From Escherichia coli O157 typing phage 8, in the sequence record KP869106: a stretch of DNA of 64,000 bases. One strand, given 5' to 3'. This document shows, one piece after another, positions 10,009 to 18,776 of the stretch. The position numbers were made by a program, and so were the translations under genes. Position 1 is the stretch's first letter, and each line of letters starts with the position of its first letter. The notes below the pieces were generated by a model that was given only the letters and a program-made list of their open reading frames with translations, searched no databases and had not been told where the DNA came from.

Positions 10009-10207
10009 ACGCATTTGGGAAGGTTTGGTTGTTGATGCACCAGCTATTGTGATTGGTATGCTGATTGTTAACCTATTTACTGATTTTGAACAAGGTTCAT
10101 TGTTTGGGGCCATGTTACTATGGGTTATCTTTGAAATATTAGAGATACAGTTAGGCATCACTGAAAAACTTAGAAAACTCGTTTCTAAGTTTTCTAAAAA
10201 GATTTAA
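10001..10207 (+). CDS. small hydrophobic membrane protein
   Basis: 68 aa with a long hydrophobic core. Confidence 0.4.
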   Translation: MLKRIWEGLVVDAPAIVIGMLIVNLFTDFEQGSLFGAMLLWVIFEILEIQLGITEKLRKLVSKFSKKI

Positions 10208-10214
10208 AATGAAA

Positions 10215-10236
10215 GGGTCTCTTCGGAGACCTTTTT
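10215..10236 (+). terminator. intrinsic terminator with TTCG tetraloop
   Basis: GGTCTC-TTCG-GAGACC followed by TTTTT. Confidence 0.6.
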
Positions 10237-10255
10237 AGCATGTAAAGGGGCAATA

Positions 10256-12400
10256 ATGAACAAAGTACAGATTATTAAAAAGAACGGCTCACTTGAAGAA
10301 CCCGATATCAAAAAAGTTTTAGCAGCAGTAGCTAAGTCAGCTAACAGGGTTGGATATAAAGAACTTCCACCAGATGTTACCCAAGCTCTTGAGTCAGCAT
10401 TTATGAGGATTTTGGTAAAGTCCACTAAGCAGAATAATTTGCTTATCTCGGTAAATGATATTCACAGTATTGTTGAAGGTGCTTTGGCAGAGGTCAATCA
10501 CGAGATTTATGAGTCTTACTCAACATACAGAAATTACCGTAAAGAGGTTGCTCAAAATTGGGACGAACTCTACCAGAAGACTAAAGATACACTCTTCTTA
10601 GGTGACCGTGAAAATGCTAACTTTGACAGCAGTTTAATTTCTACGAAAGGTTCAATTATCCGTGGTTACCTGACTAAAGAAATCTTTAAACAGTATCATC
10701 TAACACCAGAGGAACTTGAAGCCATTGAGAAAGGCTTTATCTATATCCACGATTTGAGAGACCTGATTTTTGGTGGTATTAACTGTTGCCTGTTTGACAT
10801 TGGTAAAGTACTAAAAGGTGGCTTTGAAATGTCCGGCATTGAGTACTGTGAACCTAAATCTGTACTGTCAGCGTTGCAGGTTATTGGTGACGTAGTACTT
10901 TCAGCAACTGCACAGCAATTTGGTGGTTTTACTTTAGCAGAGATTGATAAGGTACTTGTACCGTATGCTAAGAAGTCTCTACGCTATCATGCTGAGAAAG
11001 CATCATCTTATGGTATTCCTAAAGAGCATTACCACAATTATGTAATGGAGCAGTTACAAATTGAACTGACTCAAGGTTTTCAGTCACTTGAGATGAAACT
11101 AAATACCGTACCTTGTAGCCGTGGTGATTTTGCATTCACAACTTTAACATTTGGTTTACTTGACTCAGATATGTCTAATGAGGATAATCGACTACAATAC
11201 ATGATTGCAAGTACTCTCCTAGATGTTCGTATGAATGGACAAGGCAAGAGTAAAAAACCTGTTGTATTCCCTAAACTGGTCTATATTTATGACCAGAAGA
11301 GACATGATGAGAATATCTGTCAAGGTCACCTGTACAGTAAAGCTATTGAGTGTTGCTCTAAAGCAATGTACCCAGATTTCTTAAGTGTGTCTGGTCATGG
11401 TGCTGTAGCAGAGGCTTTTGAGCGTTCTGGTAAGGTAATTTCACCGATGGGTTGCAGAGCCTTCTTATCTCCATATTTTAATGAGGATGGGGAAGAGTTT
11501 TACGTTGGTCGTGCTAACATTGGTGCTGTATCTTTGAACTTGCCAATGATTTACCAGTACTCTAAAGAGAATGGTTTAGATTTCTGGAAAGAGCTTGATA
11601 AGTACCTAGAGATGATTCGCAACTTCCACAAGAAACGCTACGAAATGATTGCTAATATGCCAGCAAGTTCTAACCCTCTTGCGTTCACACAAGGTGGTCT
11701 GTACAAAGGAACTAAGAAACCTACTGACAAGGTTGGTTGGGATATTGTGAAGTCCTTCACAGCTTCTTTTGGTGTTACTGCGCTTGATGAGTTGTCTGTT
11801 CTTGCTGAAGGTAAACGACTTCATGAAGTTGGAAGCTATAGTTTTACATATGATGTTCTGGCATACATTAACATGAAAACCGAAGAGTTTAAAAATGAAG
11901 ATGGCTTCTTATATGCCGTCTATGGTACTCCAGCAGAATCACTATGTGGGACTCAGCTAAAACAGTTCAGAGATATGTTTGGGGTTATCAAAGGTGTTTC
12001 CGATAAGGAATACTTTACAAACAGTTTCCATATGAATGTTGCAGCAGACATCTCACCATTTGAGAAGCAGGACTTAGAAGAGCCATTCTTCCATATCTGT
12101 AGAGGCGGTAGAATCCAGTATGTAAGAGTAGCTAACCCAGAAAACTTATCAGCACTTAAGAGCTGTATTACAAGAGGGATGTTGAAAGGTTTCTATCAGG
12201 GACTTAACTTTGACTTAGCAATCTGTGAACATTGTGGTAACAGGCCAAAGGCTGATGTTGAAGAATGTGAAGTTTGTCACTCACATGATATCTCTGTGAT
12301 TAACAGGGTGTGTGGGTATCTTGGATGGACTAAGATTAAAGGTGAATCCCGAATGAACGATGCAAAAATCGCTGAGATTCGTGACAGAGTTTCTATGTAA
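10256..12400 (+). CDS. nrdD: anaerobic ribonucleotide reductase class III
   Basis: 714 aa; C-terminal glycyl-radical motif RVCGYLG and Cys zinc cluster. Confidence 0.9.
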   Translation: MNKVQIIKKNGSLEEPDIKKVLAAVAKSANRVGYKELPPDVTQALESAFMRILVKSTKQNNLLISVNDIHSIVEGALAEVNHEIYESYSTYRNYRKEVAQNWDELYQKTKDTLFLGDRENANFDSSLISTKGSIIRGYLTKEIFKQYHLTPEELEAIEKGFIYIHDLRDLIFGGINCCLFDIGKVLKGGFEMSGIEYCEPKSVLSALQVIGDVVLSATAQQFGGFTLAEIDKVLVPYAKKSLRYHAEKASSYGIPKEHYHNYVMEQLQIELTQGFQSLEMKLNTVPCSRGDFAFTTLTFGLLDSDMSNEDNRLQYMIASTLLDVRMNGQGKSKKPVVFPKLVYIYDQKRHDENICQGHLYSKAIECCSKAMYPDFLSVSGHGAVAEAFERSGKVISPMGCRAFLSPYFNEDGEEFYVGRANIGAVSLNLPMIYQYSKENGLDFWKELDKYLEMIRNFHKKRYEMIANMPASSNPLAFTQGGLYKGTKKPTDKVGWDIVKSFTASFGVTALDELSVLAEGKRLHEVGSYSFTYDVLAYINMKTEEFKNEDGFLYAVYGTPAESLCGTQLKQFRDMFGVIKGVSDKEYFTNSFHMNVAADISPFEKQDLEEPFFHICRGGRIQYVRVANPENLSALKSCITRGMLKGFYQGLNFDLAICEHCGNRPKADVEECEVCHSHDISVINRVCGYLGWTKIKGESRMNDAKIAEIRDRVSM

Positions 12401-12554
12401 AACTTGACATGGTGGTGTGAGTCTTGATAGGCTTACATCACCTTTTTTATTGGATGTTAGATATGGCAGAGAGTATTATTGGGTTGTTCATAGGTTCTGT
12501 CTTACTAGGGTTCTTTTTAGAACTCTCTTATTGTGAATTAAGAGGCAAGTTAAA

Positions 12555-12755
12555 ATGTTTAAAATATCAAAAGCGTTGATATACATTCTCCACATTCTAA
12601 TCTTCTTCTTTGGGGTTAGTGTTATGGTATGGGGTTTTTCAGACCCACAATGGAGTTTCGCATATCAGGGTCAGATGGATTTATGGTCATGCTTCAAACC
12701 ATTTTTAGGGTTAGTCATAGCATTCAGTGCATTGCCAACTAAGGTGAAATTATGA
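12555..12755 (+). CDS. small membrane protein
   Basis: 66 aa, two hydrophobic segments. Confidence 0.35.
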   Translation: MFKISKALIYILHILIFFFGVSVMVWGFSDPQWSFAYQGQMDLWSCFKPFLGLVIAFSALPTKVKL

Positions 12756-13147
12756 TTAAGTTGAACAAAAAACAGTTAGAGTGGATTAAAGATTATGCCT
12801 CAGAGTGTGGCTCTTGCGAAAAGAATCACGTAAGATATTCAACATTCCATACGACCTTCACATTGTACATCAGCGACAACGTTCTAAGTGATTCCGTAGA
12901 AGATGGCGTAGCGTTACCTAATGAATTGCTTGACAAATTAGCTGTAGTCTCTGGAACTTGGTCTGAAGAAGACGGTCATGAATTATCTAACGATGTTGTC
13001 TTCTACACTCTTGAAAACATTATGAATCCAGAGTACATTATACTAATGACTTGTGCACAAGATTGTGTGCCATTACAAAACTTCATTAAAGAACACTGCG
13101 AAGAATTTATTACTAAACAGGTTCCTTGTCAGGTGGTGTTTGAATGA
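12752..13147 (+). CDS. hypothetical protein
   Basis: ORF with overlapping stop/start to neighbours. Confidence 0.45.
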   Translation: MIKLNKKQLEWIKDYASECGSCEKNHVRYSTFHTTFTLYISDNVLSDSVEDGVALPNELLDKLAVVSGTWSEEDGHELSNDVVFYTLENIMNPEYIILMTCAQDCVPLQNFIKEHCEEFITKQVPCQVVFE

Positions 13148-13443
13148 GTAAAACAATTCGAAGAAAAGGTTTAAAGAACGTTCATGGACTCTATGAGTGG
13201 AGAAATGAGGTACGTAACAGAGAAAATGCTTCAGATGTCTACTTCCATTCTGATATGATGTCCAGAAAAGGTGGCTCTTACGACTTCACAAGCCAGCCTT
13301 GTAGAGAGATTAAGAAGGCCACTAAACGTCTTACAAGAACACAAATAAGGCAGCTTTCTAAGACATCCTTCTTAGATGAAGATTTTGATATTGATAGCAA
13401 GTCTCCAAAGAAAGCCGCTAAGAACACTTATATGTATTGGTGA
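13144..13443 (+). CDS. hypothetical protein
   Basis: ORF with overlapping stop/start. Confidence 0.45.
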   Translation: MSKTIRRKGLKNVHGLYEWRNEVRNRENASDVYFHSDMMSRKGGSYDFTSQPCREIKKATKRLTRTQIRQLSKTSFLDEDFDIDSKSPKKAAKNTYMYW

Positions 13444-13452
13444 GGTAACTAG

Positions 13453-13938
13453 ATGAATTACATGGAGATTCGACCATTTGACACAGCTAATGGTGAAGGG
13501 GTTCGTGTAAGCCTCTTCGTAGCTGGTTGTAAGCATCACTGTGAAGGTTGCTTTAATAAGGAATCTTGGAAGTTTAATGCTGGTAAAGAGTTCACTTATG
13601 CAAACCTTTATGGCATCATTAAGTTAATGGATGATAATGCCATCAGTGGGCTGTCAATACTTGGTGGAGAACCTCTAGATGATAGAAATATTCAAGAGGT
13701 TACCAACATATGCAAACGTATTAAAACCGTTTACCCAGAAAAATCTATCTGGCTCTGGACAGGTTTTCAGTTACATGAAAAAATTCACCTTGATGTGATG
13801 AAATATGTTGACGTGGTGATTGATGGTAAGTATGATTCATCTAAACCAACAGTTAAACCGTATCGTGGTTCAGATAACCAAAACCTCTGGAGAAAAGAGT
13901 ACGGATGGCAAGGTGATTGTCAGTGGAGAGCAGAGTAA
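13453..13938 (+). CDS. nrdG: anaerobic RNR activating enzyme (radical SAM)
   Basis: 161 aa; CxxxCxxC motif CKHHCEGC; partner of nrdD. Confidence 0.85.
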   Translation: MNYMEIRPFDTANGEGVRVSLFVAGCKHHCEGCFNKESWKFNAGKEFTYANLYGIIKLMDDNAISGLSILGGEPLDDRNIQEVTNICKRIKTVYPEKSIWLWTGFQLHEKIHLDVMKYVDVVIDGKYDSSKPTVKPYRGSDNQNLWRKEYGWQGDCQWRAE

Positions 13939-14062
13939 ATCTCGTTATAAAGTAGGTTATCGGTAAAAGCCACTTTACAATGTTCTACAGAACAAACTTA
14001 ACCGTTGGTATCACTGAAGAAGAACTTAAAACATTTTGTGAAAAGATTGAGAGAGATATGAA

Positions 14063-14320
14063 ATGGGACTCTGGAATAGTTTTAAATCAAAAGTGAAAGC
14101 AGCACTAGCTTCATTAGGTATGCTCACTGGTGTTGATGTGACTCATCTTATGCAGAACTTCAAGATGGATGAGAAACTGGCTAATGAGATTATGAAAAGC
14201 ATCTATGTAGGCCGTGGCAAAGGTGGTAAGAAGCAAGCCCATCGTCCGACTGGTGCAGCAGCAATTAAACGCGCAGCTAAGAAAGCTCGTAACCGTAAAC
14301 GTAATAAGAAGGCTAAATAA
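14063..14320 (+). CDS. hypothetical protein with basic C-terminus
   Basis: 85 aa ending in K/R-rich tail. Confidence 0.4.
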   Translation: MGLWNSFKSKVKAALASLGMLTGVDVTHLMQNFKMDEKLANEIMKSIYVGRGKGGKKQAHRPTGAAAIKRAAKKARNRKRNKKAK

Positions 14321-14322
14321 TC

Positions 14323-14643
14323 ATGAGCAAAGTTTATAACACTCGTAAATTACAGATTTTCTTACTGTGCCAGTTTATGGCTAGAGAACATAACTCCTAC
14401 TATTGTGGTACAGGATTCATTAGTGATAATGATGGCTCATATCTCCCATTCAAAGAGGCTGTAAAACTCTTCAATGAAGAGAAAAGCTCTGAGAAAGGTA
14501 TTGAAAAGGTTAAATTAACCTATAGTAAGAAAGATAAGAAGATTATCTGCCTAGATAACTTTGTGAAAGTTACCAAAGAAACTAAAGAGTTAATGGAAGA
14601 AAGTGAAATTCCATTCACAAGAATCTTGAAAGTAGCTCAGTAA
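14323..14643 (+). CDS. hypothetical protein
   Basis: ORF. Confidence 0.45.
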   Translation: MSKVYNTRKLQIFLLCQFMAREHNSYYCGTGFISDNDGSYLPFKEAVKLFNEEKSSEKGIEKVKLTYSKKDKKIICLDNFVKVTKETKELMEESEIPFTRILKVAQ

Positions 14644-14655
14644 ACAGATACTATA

Positions 14656-14680
14656 AGGGGACTGTAAAGGTTCCCTTTTT
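14656..14680 (+). terminator. putative terminator
   Basis: GGGGAC...GTTCCC hairpin plus TTTTT. Confidence 0.4.
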
Positions 14681-14694
14681 ATTTTGGAGGTAAA

Positions 14695-15210
14695 ATGTAT
14701 CTGTCAAACCTGAAACGTTCGGTTGCAATGTCAGTTCTAAGACTCAGCTTTGATGAGCGTCAAGAGTTTATAGACTCCCACAAATATGACCCTTCAAATT
14801 CTAATCACATGGTTCTTTGGAATCGTGGTAACTTACGTGAAAGAGCACTTGTCCGTTATTACCCACACTACACAATAGATAACCTGTATGAATGGTGTGT
14901 TGTGAAGAACACCATTGCAACACTGAACAATCTTTGCAGGTATACGGGTAAGCAAATATTTACATTAGGTCATCACAAACCTGTTACAAAAGGTGGTGAA
15001 CATCACTGTGCAAACTGGTTTATCCAAACTAAAGCTGATAACCAGAAGCAAGGAGATAGCCTCCTAAGTATCCCTAAGATGACCTATGAAGAGCAAGAGA
15101 AATATATCAAAAATAATATGCCAGATGTGCTTGACAACAACTATACAGATTTGGCAATATCTCTCCTGTTGAAGTTCGAGACAGTTTATAGGGCAACTTA
15201 TAATGACTAA
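14695..15210 (+). CDS. putative HNH-family nuclease
   Basis: LGHHKPVTKGGEHHCANWFIQTKADN resembles an HNH core. Confidence 0.35.
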   Translation: MYLSNLKRSVAMSVLRLSFDERQEFIDSHKYDPSNSNHMVLWNRGNLRERALVRYYPHYTIDNLYEWCVVKNTIATLNNLCRYTGKQIFTLGHHKPVTKGGEHHCANWFIQTKADNQKQGDSLLSIPKMTYEEQEKYIKNNMPDVLDNNYTDLAISLLLKFETVYRATYND

Positions 15211-15481
15211 AGAAAAGTGGGAGATTTTACCATTAGTCAGTGAAGGAGGTAATGGTTGTGAAATGTACATGATACGTGGTCATGTTCCAGAGCCAATTGC
15301 ACTTGAGATGGTAAACAACTTTACAGATGGTTCTTACAAAGACTTAGGCGAACCAACTGTCAAGCAACAATGGGTTAAACCTGTACCAGACAGCACAGGT
15401 AACTGTAGTGTACTTTATCACGTTGTAGACCCTGCAAAATGCAAATCTGCAATGGCAGTAACAAACGTAACTTTTGATTGA
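15203..15481 (+). CDS. hypothetical protein
   Basis: ORF. Confidence 0.4.
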   Translation: MTKEKWEILPLVSEGGNGCEMYMIRGHVPEPIALEMVNNFTDGSYKDLGEPTVKQQWVKPVPDSTGNCSVLYHVVDPAKCKSAMAVTNVTFD

Positions 15482-16374
15482 GAGAGAAAACTATGAAAAC
15501 ATCTATCCGTGTTACAGTTCATTCACCAACTAAAGGGACTCATGAAGAAGAGTTTAACATCGTCCAATTCCCTTCTGGTGAGATTGGTGGACACTTTTCG
15601 CCAGAGTTTGTTGATTTTACTGCTTATGCAGCATCATCCATCAACAATGTGATTATGATTGTAAAAGGTTATGACAAGGACACATTGTTTGCTGTGGCAC
15701 TTGCTAAAGAAGCAATTGATGATTTAATTCCTCATGATTATGCTTTAAAGACTGTCATCTTTTACTACTTACCAAATGCACGATATGACCGTCACATGTT
15801 TAAAGGTGACGCAGCAGCTTTAAAGGTTTTTGCTAAACAGATTAATGCAATGGGATTTGGCGCAGTCTGTGCAGTTGACCCTCACAGCTATGTACCAGAT
15901 AACCTGTTTAACTGCTTCCAGAGTATTCCTCAAAAGGAGATTGCAGTCCACTATGCAAATGACCCACTGGTTGATTACTTAGTAGCCCCAGATGCAGGTG
16001 CTGCTAAGAAGGTTGCAGAGACCGCTAAAGAGGTGGATAAACCATATATCACAATGTCTAAGGTGCGTAACCTTAAGACTGGTGAAATTACTGGTATGCG
16101 AATCCTTGATGATGTTGATTTGACAGATAAAACCGTCATGATTCTGGATGATATCTGTGATGGTGGTCGAACCTTCATAGAAGCAGCTAAGCATCTCCGT
16201 GAAGCAGGTGCAAAACGTGTGGAACTCTATGTAACACATGGTATCTTCTCTAAAGATGTTGAAAACCTTCTTGACAATGGTATTGACCATATCTACACTA
16301 CAAACTCTTTAGGGGAAGCTAAAGACCGTGGCTTAACACATTATGGTCAAGTTACTGTAGCAAACCTTGATTGA
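15478..16374 (+). CDS. ribose-phosphate pyrophosphokinase (PRPP synthetase)-like; candidate ADPR-PP synthetase (Adps) of NARP1
   Basis: Type I phosphoribosyltransferase motif VMILDDICDGGRTF; immediately upstream of NAMPT-like gene. Confidence 0.7.
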   Translation: MREKTMKTSIRVTVHSPTKGTHEEEFNIVQFPSGEIGGHFSPEFVDFTAYAASSINNVIMIVKGYDKDTLFAVALAKEAIDDLIPHDYALKTVIFYYLPNARYDRHMFKGDAAALKVFAKQINAMGFGAVCAVDPHSYVPDNLFNCFQSIPQKEIAVHYANDPLVDYLVAPDAGAAKKVAETAKEVDKPYITMSKVRNLKTGEITGMRILDDVDLTDKTVMILDDICDGGRTFIEAAKHLREAGAKRVELYVTHGIFSKDVENLLDNGIDHIYTTNSLGEAKDRGLTHYGQVTVANLD

Positions 16375-16383
16375 AACTTTATA

Positions 16384-16405
16384 GGGGCTTAAAAGCCCCA
16401 TTTTG
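16384..16405 (+). terminator. putative terminator / attenuator
   Basis: GGGGCTT-AAA-AGCCCC hairpin followed by ATTTT. Confidence 0.4.
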
Positions 16406-16419
16406 AGAGAGATTAAAAG

Positions 16420-18201
16420 ATGACTAAATCACTTTATGCAGTACCAGCAGGTTTAAATGCAGATGCTTACAAATCTGGTCATGTTTACCAGTATCCTAGT
16501 GCAACAGAATACTTGATGTTCAACCTGACACCACGTAGTGATAAATGGTTTAACAGCCCTTTAGCAATTGACGGTGTAGTGGCTTTTGGTATTCAACGTT
16601 TTGTTAAAGATTACTTGATAGACCACTGGAACGCCACTTTCTTTGAACGTGATAAAAAAGAAGCCATTGATGAAATCTTAGAAGTCATGAATGGTGTTCT
16701 GGGTAAAGATGCTATCGGTCGAGAGCATTGGGAAGCACTTCACGACTTAGGTTATCTACCAGTTGAAGTATACGCTGTAGAAGAAGGTACAGTTGTCCCT
16801 ATGCGTGTCCCAATGATTGTCTTCCAGAACACTGTTTCAGGTTTCCATTGGGTAGCGGGATATCTGGAAGATGCTTTCTCTGCTGAGATTTGGAAGGCTT
16901 GTACCATTGCAACTATTGCATTGCATTATAAACGCATCTGTAAGAAGTGGGCTGACCTTACTTGCGACAATGACTTACATTTACCTTATCAGTGCCATGA
17001 CTTTGCTATGCGTGGTATGTCCGGCTTTACTGATGACGCATTTAACGCTGTAGGCCACTTAACCAGCTTTAAAGGGACTGATAGCTTCCCTGCTGTATAT
17101 ACAGCTAAACGCATCTACGGACAGTCTTACCCAGTCTCTGATATTGGTGGTTCTGTACCAGCCACTGAACACTCTGTAATGTGTGCAAACATTGCTTGGG
17201 AAGGTGGTAATGAGTTGGTTGAAGAAGAAAGACGCTTTAAAGGTGAGTTGCAAACCTTCCGTCGCTTCTTAACAGAAACTTATCCAACTGGTATTGCAAG
17301 TATTGTTTCAGATACTTATAACTTCTGGAGAACTGTGTCAGAAATCTTACCAGCACTCCGTAAAGAAATTATGGAACGTGACGGTAAACTGGTGATTCGT
17401 CCTGATTCTGGAGACCCTGTACATATTGTCACAGGTTATAAAGCAATCCACTTAGAATGTGCTAAGAAGGCTTATTACGAGCACCTAAGCAAGCTGGAAG
17501 CCAGTGACACAATGCTGAATGCTGTTCTGAACATGAAGCTTGAAAATATCAGCTATGGTATTGCTGGATGGCTACTGTCAGAAGGCTACGAAATGGTTGT
17601 TGACAGAGAAGACTTTGAAGTTGCTGACACAGTGATGTTGAAAAATGCTTATATGGTTGGTTCTGCAAACGTTGTAACACGTCCTGTAGCTGAGATTGAT
17701 GGAGCTATTAAGACTCTGTATAACATCTTTGGAGGAACTATTAACTCTAAAGGTTTTAAGGTACTGGATGAGCACATTGGACTTATCTATGGCGACTCTA
17801 TCACGTTGGAACGTGCAAACGAAATCCTGAAGCGTCTGTATGAAATGGGGTTTGCAAGCTCTAACGTGGTGTTTGGTGTAGGCTCTTACACTTACCAGTA
17901 CATGACTCGTGACACCTTTGCATTTGCTGTCAAAGCAACTCTTGCAAGCATTGGTGGCAAAGAGATTATGCTTGCAAAAGACCCTAAAACAGATAGTGGT
18001 GTTAAGAAATCTGCCTTTGGTGGTGTAGCACCTATGTGGGATGGTGAGAATTTGAAAGCTGTAGATGGCTATGGATTCCAGAGCTTTGCAGATGCACTTG
18101 AACATCCAGCTTGTGCTTTACGTTTAGTCTTTAGCGACTCTGAGCAGTACGGTTACACAACTCTTGGTGATATTCGAAATAATATTGACAAGCAGCTTTA
18201 A
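16420..18201 (+). CDS. nicotinamide phosphoribosyltransferase (NAMPT)-family protein; candidate Namat of NARP1
   Basis: 593 aa; N-terminal YKSGHVYQYP resembles the NAMPT N-terminus; adjacent to Prs-like gene. Confidence 0.75.
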   Translation: MTKSLYAVPAGLNADAYKSGHVYQYPSATEYLMFNLTPRSDKWFNSPLAIDGVVAFGIQRFVKDYLIDHWNATFFERDKKEAIDEILEVMNGVLGKDAIGREHWEALHDLGYLPVEVYAVEEGTVVPMRVPMIVFQNTVSGFHWVAGYLEDAFSAEIWKACTIATIALHYKRICKKWADLTCDNDLHLPYQCHDFAMRGMSGFTDDAFNAVGHLTSFKGTDSFPAVYTAKRIYGQSYPVSDIGGSVPATEHSVMCANIAWEGGNELVEEERRFKGELQTFRRFLTETYPTGIASIVSDTYNFWRTVSEILPALRKEIMERDGKLVIRPDSGDPVHIVTGYKAIHLECAKKAYYEHLSKLEASDTMLNAVLNMKLENISYGIAGWLLSEGYEMVVDREDFEVADTVMLKNAYMVGSANVVTRPVAEIDGAIKTLYNIFGGTINSKGFKVLDEHIGLIYGDSITLERANEILKRLYEMGFASSNVVFGVGSYTYQYMTRDTFAFAVKATLASIGGKEIMLAKDPKTDSGVKKSAFGGVAPMWDGENLKAVDGYGFQSFADALEHPACALRLVFSDSEQYGYTTLGDIRNNIDKQL

Positions 18202-18214
18202 AAGTATATGATAA

Positions 18215-18238
18215 GAGGCTCCTACGGGAGCCTTTTTA
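18215..18238 (+). terminator. intrinsic terminator
   Basis: AGGCTCC-TACG-GGAGCCT followed by TTTTT. Confidence 0.6.
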
Positions 18239-18254
18239 ATTTCTGGAGAAGATT

Positions 18255-18590
18255 ATGAAAATCAAAGAGATGAACATCAACATTGTCTTAGAAGAACGTT
18301 GGGAGAATATTAAGAAACCTGAAGATGGTAAAAAGTTCCTTAACAAAATTTTAGTAGCAGCTAAAGAAGAACTGAATGGCAAGATTGCAGCAGCAGTCAC
18401 AATAAAAGTTTGTGTAAAAGGTCTTCCAGACAACCACCAATTTGCGCTTGACGAGTTTAAAAAAAGCTTCTACAATCCAAACAAACAGATGCTTGAAAGT
18501 AACTTTGCAGTATCTACAAGTATCGTCCATGACAGAAGCTTTATCCTTTACAAAAATATGAGAGGTGAGTCATGCAAGCATATTGGATAG
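18255..18590 (+). CDS. hypothetical protein
   Basis: ORF. Confidence 0.45.
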   Translation: MKIKEMNINIVLEERWENIKKPEDGKKFLNKILVAAKEELNGKIAAAVTIKVCVKGLPDNHQFALDEFKKSFYNPNKQMLESNFAVSTSIVHDRSFILYKNMRGESCKHIG

Positions 18591-18748
18591 AAATTTTACT
18601 GTCACTTGGTAGCGTAGCAGTATTTGTTTACCTTCTTTGCAAGTACTATGCAGAGTACAAGAAGTGTGATTACTGCAATGGGGAAGGGTATACAAGAGCA
18701 GGTTGTTGCCCTATGTGTGGTGGTTCTGGTAAAATGTTTAATAAGTAA
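18572..18748 (+). CDS. small membrane-anchored zinc-ribbon protein (58 aa)
   Basis: Hydrophobic N-terminus then CDYCNGEG...CCPMCGGSG; below ORF-track cutoff. Confidence 0.3.
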   Translation: MQAYWIEILLSLGSVAVFVYLLCKYYAEYKKCDYCNGEGYTRAGCCPMCGGSGKMFNK

Positions 18749-18776
18749 TTTAACAGTAAACTAAGAGGAAAGTATT

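Noticed and set aside
17578-18105. 175 aa minus-strand ORF inside the NAMPT-like gene (similar antisense ORFs at 15975..16290, 21736..22410, 56656..57582, 55708..56148)
   Set aside because: Fully nested antisense within well-supported coding genes, no RBS context, typical of spurious ORFs in AT-rich DNA.
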